Positions 1-9,302 are shown, counted from the stretch's first letter. The stretch is DNA of 32,000 nucleotides from Vulcanisaeta distributa DSM 14429 (GCF_000148385.1 NC_014537.1:570001-602000); one strand, 5' to 3'. The notes: generated by a model not told the origin, from the sequence alone. A program made the numbers and translations.

Positions 1-675
1 CCCAGTGATGTTAAGTATACCTTAATTGCCGTTAAGGCTTACGACACTGAGTCCATAATTGATAAGGTAGTTAATATCCCCGTGATATTTCAGAACGGCA
101 TTGGCGGCGTTGAATTAATCCGGAAGAGGCTCGGCGTTGGTTATGGTGCTGTCATTACGTATGGCGTTACGAGGAGTGGCAGTGTGGCTGAGGTTAGGGG
201 TGTTGGTGAGGTGATACTGCCTAGCTCCGTGGGTGAGGTTGCCGATGTCCTAAGGGCCGGGGGCGCCAATGTCAGGGTAGTTGATGACATTGAGCCCTAC
301 AGGTGGTTGAAGGTGATTGTTAACGCGGCCATTAACCCAATAACCGCGATCCTGAGAGCTAGGAATGGTGTGATTCTCGAGGACCCCAACGCCAGGGCGT
401 TAGTGGAGGCAGTGGTCAGGGAGGGTGTTGATGTGGTTAATAGGCTGGGCATTAGGCTACCCAGCGATCCATTGGTCGAGACCCTAAGGGTTGCCGAGGC
501 CACTAGGGATAATCAATCATCAATGTTGCAGGACGTACTGAATCGCCGGAGGACTGAGGTGGATTACATAAATGGAGCCATAGTGACCAGGGGTAGGGAG
601 GTTGGCGTGAGTACTCCCGTTAATTATGTGCTTTGGTTGCTGGTTAAGTCGCTGGAGGTAAATGCTTATAAGTAG
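1..675 (+). CDS. panE: 2-dehydropantoate 2-reductase (ketopantoate reductase, ApbA/PanE family), 5' end outside the window
   Basis: Frame 1 is open from base 1: PSDVKYTLIAVKAYDTESI... precedes the track ORF that begins at 82. The C-terminal half carries KPR-like motifs (VIFQNGIG, YRWLKVIVNAAINPITA, SSMLQDVLNRRRTEVDYING). The stop is TAG at 673-675. It sits beside panB and the archaeal CoA genes. Confidence 0.8.
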   Translation, partial: PSDVKYTLIAVKAYDTESIIDKVVNIPVIFQNGIGGVELIRKRLGVGYGAVITYGVTRSGSVAEVRGVGEVILPSSVGEVADVLRAGGANVRVVDDIEPYRWLKVIVNAAINPITAILRARNGVILEDPNARALVEAVVREGVDVVNRLGIRLPSDPLVETLRVAEATRDNQSSMLQDVLNRRRTEVDYINGAIVTRGREVGVSTPVNYVLWLLVKSLEVNAYK

Positions 676-695
676 GATTTCTATCCTATTTCGTC

Positions 696-1784
696 ATGGA
701 GGCAGTAACGGTCCACCTGGGCGACTTCTCAAGCCATATGCGGGAGCTAAGCAGAGGCTTCCTCTTTACTCTAGTCATAGGAACCACAGACACGAGCTTA
801 GTGCCTGGAATAACCATCGCCGGGGCCAAGCCAGAGCTAACCCACTACACGCCGGCGGCTGATGCTGAGTATTTAGTGCTTGGTAGATGCCAGGTGATAC
901 CTACCGTGCCCATGACGCCAGATGGTAAGCCTACGCCAGCGTTAATCACTAGGGCCGTCATCAAGCTCACGGGTGCGGGGGTCCTCGTTGTTAATGCGGG
1001 GGCTAGGGTCAGGCCTAACATACCCATCATTGACCTACAGGGAGAGCCTGGCAGGGACATTAGGACTGGCCTTGCAATTGATCGAAGCATCGTTGATAGG
1101 GTCTTCAGCAATGGCGTCATCCTCGGCGAGAACCTGGCGAGGGTAAGCGGGGCGATTGTCATTGGCGAGTCAATACCTGCGGGGACCACCACGGCAATGG
1201 CGTTCCTGGTGGCCATGGGCTACGACGCGTGGAATAAGATGTCAAGTGCATCTCCCGTTAACCCGAGGGACTTGAAGATAGCGGTCGTCAAGGAGGCCCT
1301 GAGGAACGCGGGCATCGACAAGCCGTTGGAGGACCCGTTGGAGGCCGTGTCGAGGGTTGGCGATCCGGTGATACCGGCCATGGCGTCGATAGCCATTGGC
1401 GCAGCTAGGCGGGGCGCCAAGGTCCTCCTGGCCGGTGGGACCCAGATGGCTGCGGTCCTCGCATTTATAAAGCACGTGGATAGGGGCGTGCTCAATAACG
1501 TAGCCATTGGGACGACCAAGTGGTTGATTAATGATAGGACTGCAGACTTAATAGGCCTCGTTAGGGAGGTCGCGCATGTTCCCGTGGCCTCCGCGAACCT
1601 TGATTTCAGTAATATGCCCTACGAAGGTCTGAGGGCTTATGAGGGTGGATTCGTGAAGGAGGGGGTTGGTGCTGGCGGTGTGTCCATCGCGGCGATTTCC
1701 AAGGGTTACTCAATCAATCAGTTGCAGGAGGTTATACTTAGTAATTATGAGGAGTTGCTAAAGGGTATGGGTAATACTGCGTGA
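696..1784 (+). CDS. UPF0284 / archaeal CobT-like protein (homologue of nicotinate-nucleotide:dimethylbenzimidazole phosphoribosyltransferase)
   Basis: A 362-aa ORF with ATG at 696, 20 bp after the KPR stop on the same strand. Motifs such as TDTSLVPGITIAGA and GESIPAGTTTA match my recollection of the UPF0284/TIGR00303 family. The assignment is by recall only. Confidence 0.6.
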   Translation: MEAVTVHLGDFSSHMRELSRGFLFTLVIGTTDTSLVPGITIAGAKPELTHYTPAADAEYLVLGRCQVIPTVPMTPDGKPTPALITRAVIKLTGAGVLVVNAGARVRPNIPIIDLQGEPGRDIRTGLAIDRSIVDRVFSNGVILGENLARVSGAIVIGESIPAGTTTAMAFLVAMGYDAWNKMSSASPVNPRDLKIAVVKEALRNAGIDKPLEDPLEAVSRVGDPVIPAMASIAIGAARRGAKVLLAGGTQMAAVLAFIKHVDRGVLNNVAIGTTKWLINDRTADLIGLVREVAHVPVASANLDFSNMPYEGLRAYEGGFVKEGVGAGGVSIAAISKGYSINQLQEVILSNYEELLKGMGNTA

Positions 1785-1844
1785 GTAGCCGCGGTGTGAT
1801 TGACCAATTTTAATGCTGAGGGCATTGTATGAGTACGTATGTCA

Positions 1845-2651
1845 TCAAGACTTAATGTCCTTATAGTACTCAGCACTTGGGAATTCCCCATTCCTAACCT
1901 CACTCACGTACTTAGCCACCGCATCCCTTATGATGGATGCCAAGTCCACGTACTTCTTGGCGAAGCTCGGCGGCCTCTCCGTGAGGCCGAGGACGTCGTG
2001 AATCACGAGTATTTGCCCATCACAGTGAGGGCCGGCGCCAATGCATATTGTGGGTATCTTAATGCTTTCCGTCACCGCCTTAGCCACGCTTGCGGGGACC
2101 ATCTCTATGACTATCGCGAAGGCCCCAGCCTCCTGAAGCGCCTTTGCGTCCTCAATCAACTTCTTTGCCTGCTCCTCAGTCCTTCCAATCATCCTAAATC
2201 CGCCGAGGGATAAAACCCTCTGTGGATTAAGTCCTATGTGCCCCATCACGGGTATCCCAAACTTGACCAGGTTGTTCACCACATCGAATATTTCTTGACC
2301 ACCCTCAGGCTTCACAGCCTCGGCGCCAGCCCTAATGAGTTTTGAGGCGTTTTTCAGGGCATCCCTAACGCCCGTTTCGTACGTCATGAAGGGCATGTCA
2401 GCTATGAGCAGCGCCTTGGGCTTCGCCCTGGCCACGGCAGCCACGTGTATGAGCATGTCCCTGAGCGTGACCCTTAGGGTATTTTCGAAGCCTAATACGG
2501 TCATCCCCAAGGAATCACCGACCAATATGCCATCAACACCCGCCTGATCCACCAACCTCGCCGTTGGGTAGTCGTAGGCCGTTATCATGGCAATTCTCTG
2601 CTTACCCTTCATGCTCATTATCGTCTGTACCGTGACCTTCCTCCTCTCCAT
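1845..2651 (-). CDS. panB: 3-methyl-2-oxobutanoate hydroxymethyltransferase (ketopantoate hydroxymethyltransferase)
   Basis: A 268-aa ORF with typical PanB sequence: MITAYDYPTARLVDQAGVDGILVGDSLGMTVLG, IADMPFMTY, VKPEGG. The antisense ORFs at 1839-2213 and 2335-2547 are spurious. Confidence 0.9.
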   Translation of the reverse strand: MERRKVTVQTIMSMKGKQRIAMITAYDYPTARLVDQAGVDGILVGDSLGMTVLGFENTLRVTLRDMLIHVAAVARAKPKALLIADMPFMTYETGVRDALKNASKLIRAGAEAVKPEGGQEIFDVVNNLVKFGIPVMGHIGLNPQRVLSLGGFRMIGRTEEQAKKLIEDAKALQEAGAFAIVIEMVPASVAKAVTESIKIPTICIGAGPHCDGQILVIHDVLGLTERPPSFAKKYVDLASIIRDAVAKYVSEVRNGEFPSAEYYKDIKS

Positions 2652-2713
2652 ATTAATGGGTCTTGTTTATTCTTGAATTAAAGTTTTAAGAATGCACATG
2701 GTATTGAACGGTA

Positions 2714-3520
2714 ATGATTGGGGACCCTCGCGCGTCTTGGGTACCGCCTAACCACCCGAGGAGGGAGTCACTACTAATTAGGGAGAGGCTGGTTGATGGG
2801 TTTAAGGAGGGCTACGTGGCGACTCAGGGCTTGATCGCTCATGGCCGTGGTGAGTGCTTTGATTACCTCATTGGTGAGTCATCAATACCCCCGGCACTGA
2901 CCGCGGAGAGGGTTGCCGTGGCTGCATTATTGATTGCCAAGCACCCAGTTATCTCGGTTAATGGTAATACTGCGGCTCTCGTGCCGAGGCAAGTCATCGA
3001 GCTTGCTAAACTCGTTAATGCAAAGCTCGAGGTTAACCTATTCTATAGGACTAGGGAGAGGGAGGAGTTGATCGCCAGGGTGCTCAGGGAGAATGGTGCT
3101 GAGGAGGTCCTTGGCGTTGGTGATGATGCGTCCTGCACGATACCTGAGTTATTCAGTGAGAGGCGTAGGGTTTCCTGCAGAGGCATATACATTGCGGACG
3201 TGGTCCTAGTACCGCTTGAGGATGGCGATAGGACCGAGGCGCTCAGGAGGATGGGTAAGATCGTGATCGCCATAGACCTAAACCCACTCTCGAGGACATC
3301 AAGGGCGGCGAGCATTACGATTGTCGATAACGTGGTTAGGGCAATACCGAACATGATAAAGTTCGCGGAGGAGATGAGGGGAATGCCCAGGGATGAGTTG
3401 ATAAGGATTGTTAGGAACTTCAATAATGAGGAGAATTTAAGGTCTGTAATCATGTTCATTAGGGATAGGCTAAGTGAGTTGGTAAGTAAGGGTATAACGC
3501 TTGAGTTTTCCAAGTCTTAG
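2714..3520 (+). CDS. Archaeal phosphopantothenate synthetase (4-phosphopantoate--beta-alanine ligase, COG1701/DUF137 type)
   Basis: A 268-aa ORF divergent from panB. The N-terminal [42 protein letters not shown] resembles the archaeal PPS family. An A/T-rich TATA-like box (aaagttttaagaa, 2681-2693) lies about 25 nt upstream of the ATG. Confidence 0.72.
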   Translation: MIGDPRASWVPPNHPRRESLLIRERLVDGFKEGYVATQGLIAHGRGECFDYLIGESSIPPALTAERVAVAALLIAKHPVISVNGNTAALVPRQVIELAKLVNAKLEVNLFYRTREREELIARVLRENGAEEVLGVGDDASCTIPELFSERRRVSCRGIYIADVVLVPLEDGDRTEALRRMGKIVIAIDLNPLSRTSRAASITIVDNVVRAIPNMIKFAEEMRGMPRDELIRIVRNFNNEENLRSVIMFIRDRLSELVSKGITLEFSKS

Positions 3521-4088
3521 GTGTAATTTCTTTATATACATGCATTTATTAATAATTATCACGTTTAGCGCTTAATGGCGAATACGTTAAAGTAACGCTG
3601 GGGCTTACGGAAATACCTAGGATATTGCTCATAGCGGCTGGCGAACAGTAAACCCTCGCCTCGATCCGGTTCTTCAAGTCGCTTTCTATTCGTCAGTAAT
3701 ATTCATAGTGGGCCTAGCGGTGTTCGCAGAGTCTCATACATTAGAAGGAAAAGAGAGTACCACTAACCCTAACATACATGGAAACACTACCTGATTAAGG
3801 GTTTGGGATCACCCACCCTTCTTTCCATATAATTTGAGTGCCCCTTAACATACATGTGTAAAGAAATTATAGGCTATTTTCGAGTCATTCTCACCACCGC
3901 TTGGCTGTTTCCGTAACCCTTCCTGGCTCCTCAGCACTTATCCTATTAACATAGCCTGGAGAACACCAACCTTATACACTTAAGCTCCTCCCTGGCAATT
4001 GTGTCAAGCCTTACTGGCTAGACAACCTAATGACCTCATTTATTAGGAATGATACCTCGTTAGAGCTTATCAATCCCTTAACCCCAGG

Positions 4089-4138
4089 AATTCAATAATC
4101 ATCGGATTCATCGCGATGAATCCGATGATTATTGAATT
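4089..4138. repeat. Perfect 50-bp palindrome (25-bp arms, no spacer)
   Basis: The sequence AATTCAATAATCATCGGATTCATCG|CGATGAATCCGATGATTATTGAATT was read directly, and each arm is the exact reverse complement of the other. The centre is TCGCGA. The palindrome stops at 4088 (g) and 4139 (t), which do not pair. Confidence 0.95.
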
Positions 4139-4353
4139 TGTAGAATTGGAAAATTGCTGAGTCCCCCTTCAACTTCCCTAAACCTCTCATAAATCTGCCG
4201 AATTTCATGTTAATCTCCCTGAACTCACCATCGAGCTAAAACAACGTGGCGCTTAGTGTACCTGTTACCGTGATTATTAATCCTATAAAATCAGTAACTC
4301 CTCAGTCTTATATCCATAATAGTTATACTCTATTTATGCATACTTAATGTATC

Positions 4354-5223
4354 TTATTTAAATACGTCTTTATTAATCATTACCCTAACCCCCTCATTTG
4401 ATGGTTCAAAGACCCTCACCTCATAACCGACGGTCCTTAAACAATTAATTAATGCCTCGACCTCATCCCTACGCGTTAGGAATACCAGGACCCTCTTCTT
4501 AACGTAATAGGCGTCGGCATAACGTGCGCATGGCTTTACCCTATCCTCAAGGTCTCTGGTTAGGAAGCCCACTTCCCTGGAGAATGCCGTGCTTAGTTCC
4601 GTGAACTTCTCATAGGTTGGCTCACTGATTAATTCATTTACGTACTTACTGCCTAACGTTGCCAATTTATCCCTCAATTCACGGAGCATATCACTCGTCG
4701 AGTATCTACCCAGGTCCGCGGTTACGATCGCTAAATCCCGTGGGTATGGGATCCTATCAATGATGCCGATCCCAGGGGCACCAGCCCTTAGCCTTAGTTC
4801 GATGCCCCCTCCGTAGTACTCTGCAATCACATCGCCGAGCCCGGTACCAAGCCTCACCTCAATCACGTGGGCAACCTGGGCTGCCTTTATTAACGGCTTA
4901 CGCGCAATTACGGCGGCGCCCAGGGCTGTGCCTAGCGCGAGTGCGGCGCTCATACCATAGCCAACACCTAACTGCACGGGCGATGAGTAATTAACCTCCG
5001 CATTAACGCCCAACTCCCTAAGTGCCAGGTCCACGTGGTCAATGCCATACCTAGTAGGACTGGCCGTCGGCTTAAACATGAACCTCACCCCGGGCCTTAT
5101 GACGATGCCGCAGCCCAAAGAACCCGTATTCACTGGGTCGTTTCCATATATCGGTAACCAAATACTCGTGATGTGAAGCGGCACGTCGATGATTATCATG
5201 GCCAGTGGCATGCTTAAAAGCAT
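4354..5223 (-). CDS. Pantoate kinase (archaeal GHMP-kinase family, COG1829 type)
   Basis: A 289-aa ORF with a GHMP-kinase-like glycine-rich region (GVGYGMSAALALGTALGAA, GTGLGDVIAEYYGGGIELR). It clusters with PPS, panB and KPR. Alternative starts lie at Met5 and Met9 (5211 and 5199). Confidence 0.62.
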   Translation of the reverse strand: MLLSMPLAMIIIDVPLHITSIWLPIYGNDPVNTGSLGCGIVIRPGVRFMFKPTASPTRYGIDHVDLALRELGVNAEVNYSSPVQLGVGYGMSAALALGTALGAAVIARKPLIKAAQVAHVIEVRLGTGLGDVIAEYYGGGIELRLRAGAPGIGIIDRIPYPRDLAIVTADLGRYSTSDMLRELRDKLATLGSKYVNELISEPTYEKFTELSTAFSREVGFLTRDLEDRVKPCARYADAYYVKKRVLVFLTRRDEVEALINCLRTVGYEVRVFEPSNEGVRVMINKDVFK

Positions 5224-5241
5224 GTATTTAAGCGCTTATGG

Positions 5242-6459
5242 GTGCCTTCCCTGAGGCTAAGTAAGGAGTCACTCCTTAATGAGTTTAGGAGGGTGAGGAC
5301 TTTAGATAAGTACGTAGATGCTGTCAGGGCTATTGTGAATGACGTTAAGGCTAGGGGTGATGAGGCCGTGATTGAATATACTAGAAAATTCGATGGTGTC
5401 GCGCTTACGAAGATTGAGGTTGACATAGATGAGTTAAGGGTGCTGGCGTCTAAGGTCGATAAGGACACTGCGCAGGCAATAGATGCGGCTTACAGGTCCG
5501 TGGAGGACTTTAACCGTAGGTTAATGCCCAGGGATTTCGAGGAGGAGTGTTGTGGGTTGATTAGGGGGGTTAGGTGGGTGCCGATTGGGAGGGTTGGGAT
5601 TTACGTGCCCAGGGGTTATTTCTCGACACTCATAATGACGGGTGTCATAGCCAGGGTGGCAGGTGTTAAGGAGTTGGTGGTGACGACACCGCCGAATGGG
5701 GACGGCAGCATAAGCCCGGAGATAGCCTACGTGGCGCTCAAGTTAAACGCCAGGGTGTTCAGGGTGGGTGGTCCGCAGGCCGTTGCTGCCATGGCCTTTG
5801 GGACGGAGTCGATACCCAAGGTTGATAAGATCGTTGGACCAGGTAATGCCTATGTGCAGGCGGCTAAGTACCTGGTCTCGCAGTACGTGGGTATTGACGG
5901 TATTGAGGGCCCAACCGAGCTTGTAGTTTGTGCGGACCCATCGGTTGATCCGGGCGTCGTTGCCCTGGACATTATGGCTCAGCTTGAGCATAACTCGGCG
6001 ATCGCGGTGGTAATTACCTGGGATGAGAAGTACCTGAACGCCATCGAGTCGAGGCTCAATAACCTAAATTACTTATCAACGCTCGTTGATGGGCCTAAGG
6101 ATTGCGTGGACTTAATAAACGAGTTGGCGCCAGAGCACGTGACGCTATGGGGCCTGGGGAACCTAATTAATAATATTAGGAATGCCGGTGCCGTGTCCAT
6201 TTCAATGCCCTCCGCAATGATTGACTACGTTGCCGGCCCAAGCCACGTATTGCCCACCGAGTCCTCCGCTAGGTGGAGGGGTGCCCTCTCGGTTTATGAC
6301 TTCCTGAAGCCCGTGGCCTATGTTAAAGCCGTTAGTAAGGACTTGGTAAGTGACTTAGCAAGGCATGGAGCCTCACTGGCTGTGCGGGAGGGCTTTAATA
6401 ACCACGCTAGGTCAATAACGGAGTGGCTACTTACGGGCAATCTCGATAAATCGTCGTAA
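5242..6459 (+). CDS. hisD: Histidinol dehydrogenase
   Basis: A 405-aa ORF with a GTG start at 5242. HisD motifs are present: GGPQAVAAMAFGTESIPKVDKIVGPGNAYVQAAK, and the region ending in IDYVAGPSHVLPT. Confidence 0.9.
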   Translation: MPSLRLSKESLLNEFRRVRTLDKYVDAVRAIVNDVKARGDEAVIEYTRKFDGVALTKIEVDIDELRVLASKVDKDTAQAIDAAYRSVEDFNRRLMPRDFEEECCGLIRGVRWVPIGRVGIYVPRGYFSTLIMTGVIARVAGVKELVVTTPPNGDGSISPEIAYVALKLNARVFRVGGPQAVAAMAFGTESIPKVDKIVGPGNAYVQAAKYLVSQYVGIDGIEGPTELVVCADPSVDPGVVALDIMAQLEHNSAIAVVITWDEKYLNAIESRLNNLNYLSTLVDGPKDCVDLINELAPEHVTLWGLGNLINNIRNAGAVSISMPSAMIDYVAGPSHVLPTESSARWRGALSVYDFLKPVAYVKAVSKDLVSDLARHGASLAVREGFNNHARSITEWLLTGNLDKSS

Positions 6460-7038
6460 TACCTCAAGGCCATTTTTGGAGCTCTTTTCTGGGTGGAATT
6501 GAACGCCAAATGTTACGACTCTTTCATCACACAACACACTGAGTATGCTATCTCCTCCGTAATGCGTGATTCCCGAGTACGGTATTTCACCGCCCGGGTT
6601 AATCACGGCGTAGCTATGCATGAAGTAGAAGTACCCATTATCGCTAAGTAATTCACAGGGCTTCACTGTTTTCACGAGGTCCCAACCAATGTGTGGCACC
6701 CTAGGCCCTTTCAGCCTATTGACTCGGCCTGGGTACCATGATAAGCCACCCAGTGAACCCTCATCACTGGCTTCAAACATTACCTGTAGTCCAAGGCAAA
6801 TACCGAGTATCGGCATTGAACCCCTAATCCCTGTCAGTGCGTCCTTGAATTTATCAAGCCTGGACATGGCGGCGTCGAAGGAGCCAACGCCTGGAAGCAC
6901 TATGGCGTTCACGTTCATGAATTCACCAGGCTCATTGATGATCGTAGGCTCAGAACCAACCCTCCTAAATGCATTAATTAGGCTTCCCAGGTTACCTACG
7001 CCGTAGTTTATAATGCCGACCCTAACCATTGGGACCAA
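6427..7038 (-). CDS. hisH: Imidazole glycerol phosphate synthase, glutamine amidotransferase subunit
   Basis: A 203-aa ORF with class-I GATase motifs (GICLGLQ, FGVQFHPEKS) and an N-terminal IINYGVGNLGSLINAF. Confidence 0.9.
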   Translation of the reverse strand: MVPMVRVGIINYGVGNLGSLINAFRRVGSEPTIINEPGEFMNVNAIVLPGVGSFDAAMSRLDKFKDALTGIRGSMPILGICLGLQVMFEASDEGSLGGLSWYPGRVNRLKGPRVPHIGWDLVKTVKPCELLSDNGYFYFMHSYAVINPGGEIPYSGITHYGGDSILSVLCDERVVTFGVQFHPEKSSKNGLEVLRRFIEIARK

Positions 7039-7330
7039 TCCTCGCCATGTGCCTATTGGTTAACTCCTCACACACATCATCGAATTTAATGCCCATGAAC
7101 CTGAGGAGAACGAGTAAGTGATACATTAAGTCCGCCGTTTCCCTAACTACCCAATCCCTATCACCCCTCATGGCGGCTACTACGACCTCCACAGCCTCCT
7201 CACCAACCTTCTTACTAATCAAGTCCACACCACCACTGACCAGCCTATGGGTGTAACTATTGGAGTTTCCGTGCTTAATCCTATCATCGATTATGTCCTG
7301 CAACTCATCCAGGAATTGACACACCATCAC
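7022..7330 (-). CDS. hisE: Phosphoribosyl-ATP pyrophosphohydrolase
   Basis: A 102-aa ORF with SYTHRLVSGGVDLISKKVGEEAVEVVVAA and ETADLMYHLLVLL, typical of HisE. The ATG at 7327 is a likelier start than the GTG at 7330. It overlaps the hisH start by 17 nt. Confidence 0.85.
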   Translation of the reverse strand: MMVCQFLDELQDIIDDRIKHGNSNSYTHRLVSGGVDLISKKVGEEAVEVVVAAMRGDRDWVVRETADLMYHLLVLLRFMGIKFDDVCEELTNRHMARIGPNG

Positions 7331-7361
7331 CGCTTAAGTCTATATATGCTTTATATCAATT

Positions 7362-7847
7362 ATGCCCCATACAGAAAAACTAAATAGTCGGGATGCCTCG
7401 GTAAATATAATGTTCAATCCACCAGGCAACATTAAGGTGCTTAGGCTCAGTGAGGATGAGGCCAGGAAGATCGCTGATTCCCTATGGTATAGGCATACCG
7501 ACAATACCGTGGTAGCCGTGGCCCAGGACTACGAGACGAAGGACGTGTTGATGGTTGCGAGTATGAATAGGGATGCCGTAATAAAGACGCTGACCACGGG
7601 CATGGTGCACTACTGGTCATTGAGTAGGAAGAAGCTTTGGCTAAAGGGTGAGACCAGTGGTCATTACCAATACTTAGTAGGTTTCAGGGTTGATTGCGAT
7701 AGGGACGCGGTACTCCTACTTGTGTATCAGGTCGGTAATGCATGCCACCTGGGTACCCGCTCATGCTTCGACTCAAACAACATAAGTAACCTACGCATAT
7801 TGTTTAATGACGCTGGAAACCCCTCGTCAGAATTTAACGAAATCTAA
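7362..7847 (+). CDS. hisI: Phosphoribosyl-AMP cyclohydrolase
   Basis: HisI motifs are present: YWSLSRKKLWLKGETSGHYQ, VDCDRDAVLLLV, ACHLGTRSCF. The true start is probably the ATG at 7410 (MFNPPG...), because TATA-like boxes at 7340-7358 sit too close to 7362. Confidence 0.85.
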   Translation: MPHTEKLNSRDASVNIMFNPPGNIKVLRLSEDEARKIADSLWYRHTDNTVVAVAQDYETKDVLMVASMNRDAVIKTLTTGMVHYWSLSRKKLWLKGETSGHYQYLVGFRVDCDRDAVLLLVYQVGNACHLGTRSCFDSNNISNLRILFNDAGNPSSEFNEI

Positions 7848-7941
7848 GCCGTCCCGTGAACCCCTTAACGGCAACACCCATCTACATTATCAATATCAAT
7901 AATCTCAATAATTAGCGTGTCACCAACTTACATTCATAAAA

Positions 7942-8703
7942 TCACATCCTCACCTTAATGCCCCTCTCCATTAGGTAAGCCTTAAGCCCCTGAATGTTTA
8001 TTAGCCCCATGTGAAAAACACTCGCGGCGAGGGCTGCGTCTGCGTACTTCAGGACCTCCGCGAAGTGCTCAACCTTACCAGCACCGCCACTGGCGATGAC
8101 TGGTATATTAACTACTTCAGAAATTGCCCTATAGAGCTCCACGTCATAACCCGCCCTAGTGCCGTCCGCGTCAATGCTCGTTATTAATAACTCGCCAGCG
8201 CCAAGTTCCTCAGCCCTCCTGGCCCATTTAACACCATCAAGGTTGGTTTCCCTTTTACCACTCTCCACGTAGACCCTCCATGAATTACCGCGCCTCCTAA
8301 CGTCGATCGCCACAACCACCGACTGTGCGCCATACTCCCTGGAAAGTACTGTTATTAACTCAGGGTTCCTAACGGCCGCAGTGTTCACACTAACTTTGTC
8401 AGCCCCCGCCTTAAATGCCGCGTCCGCATCCTCAAGACTCCTTATGCCACCACCGACGCCCAGCGGTATGTTTATCGCGCCTGCAACATCCCTAACAGTC
8501 CTTAGGAACGTCTTCCTACCCTCGATGGTGGCCGTTATGTCGAGGAGGAAAATCTCGTCGGCACCCTCCTCCTCATACCTACTCGCCAACTCCACCGGGT
8601 CGCCCATTACCCTAAGACCCTCGAAGTTGATGCCCTTAACCACCACGTTCGCGTCTACGTCGAGGCAGGGTATAATCCTCCTAACGATGCCTAGGGGCCT
8701 CAT
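7942..8703 (-). CDS. hisF: Imidazole glycerol phosphate synthase, cyclase subunit
   Basis: A 253-aa ORF with RIIPCLDV, a VGGGIRS-containing segment and IASGGAG, all classic HisF features. Confidence 0.92.
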   Translation of the reverse strand: MRPLGIVRRIIPCLDVDANVVVKGINFEGLRVMGDPVELASRYEEEGADEIFLLDITATIEGRKTFLRTVRDVAGAINIPLGVGGGIRSLEDADAAFKAGADKVSVNTAAVRNPELITVLSREYGAQSVVVAIDVRRRGNSWRVYVESGKRETNLDGVKWARRAEELGAGELLITSIDADGTRAGYDVELYRAISEVVNIPVIASGGAGKVEHFAEVLKYADAALAASVFHMGLINIQGLKAYLMERGIKVRM

Positions 8704-9302
8704 TGCAGGGTCCCCTTCAGACTCCTCACTGAGTTATCAACGTACTCCATGGCCTGCGCCATCGAGAGTCCCAGGGACTTAAACAGCGCCTCGGCCATGT
8801 GGTGGTCATTCTCACCCCACCTTATCTCCGCGTGTATGGTCGCCCTTGAGTACGTGGCTAAGGTCCTAATGATGTGGGGTATCATCTGTGTCGTTAAGTC
8901 GCCAATCCTCTCACCAATGAATGACCCCCTAAACACCCAATAAGCCCTGCCCCCAAGATCCACAGAAGTCACCGCGAGTGCGTCGTCCATGGGAACCATG
9001 GACCAGCCAAACCTCCTAATACCGACCCTATCACCCAACACCCTATCTATCGCCATGCCCAGGGCTATGGAGACATCCTCAGCAACATGGTGATCATCGA
9101 ACCCCCTCAGGTCCTCGGCTACGATCTCCCCCGACGCATTCATGTAAAATATGAATGTCTCAAGCATGTGGTTGAGGAATTTAATTGGTGTCGAAACCCT
9201 AATACCGCCTGGGGTTAATGCCAATTCCACGTAAATTCTCGTCTCCCTTGTCTCACGCCTAACCTCAGCCCGCCTAACCCCAGCTCCCTGCACAGTCAAC
9301 AC
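8700..9302 (-). CDS. hisB: Imidazoleglycerol-phosphate dehydratase
   Basis: A 200-aa ORF with RETRETRIYVEL, DDHHVAEDVSIALG and ENDHHMAEALFKSLG (IGPD histidine motifs). It is monofunctional, with no phosphatase domain. It overlaps hisF by 4 nt. Confidence 0.9.
   Translation of the reverse strand: MLTVQGAGVRRAEVRRETRETRIYVELALTPGGIRVSTPIKFLNHMLETFIFYMNASGEIVAEDLRGFDDHHVAEDVSIALGMAIDRVLGDRVGIRRFGWSMVPMDDALAVTSVDLGGRAYWVFRGSFIGERIGDLTTQMIPHIIRTLATYSRATIHAEIRWGENDHHMAEALFKSLGLSMAQAMEYVDNSVRSLKGTLQ

Noticed and set aside
3521-4353. Whether the whole ORF-free spacer is a large structural RNA such as RNase P or SRP RNA.
   Set aside because: Its GC content is no higher than the surrounding coding DNA, whereas the tRNA and the 21.5-kb hairpin are strongly GC-enriched. 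I could not find conserved RNase P or SRP core motifs.
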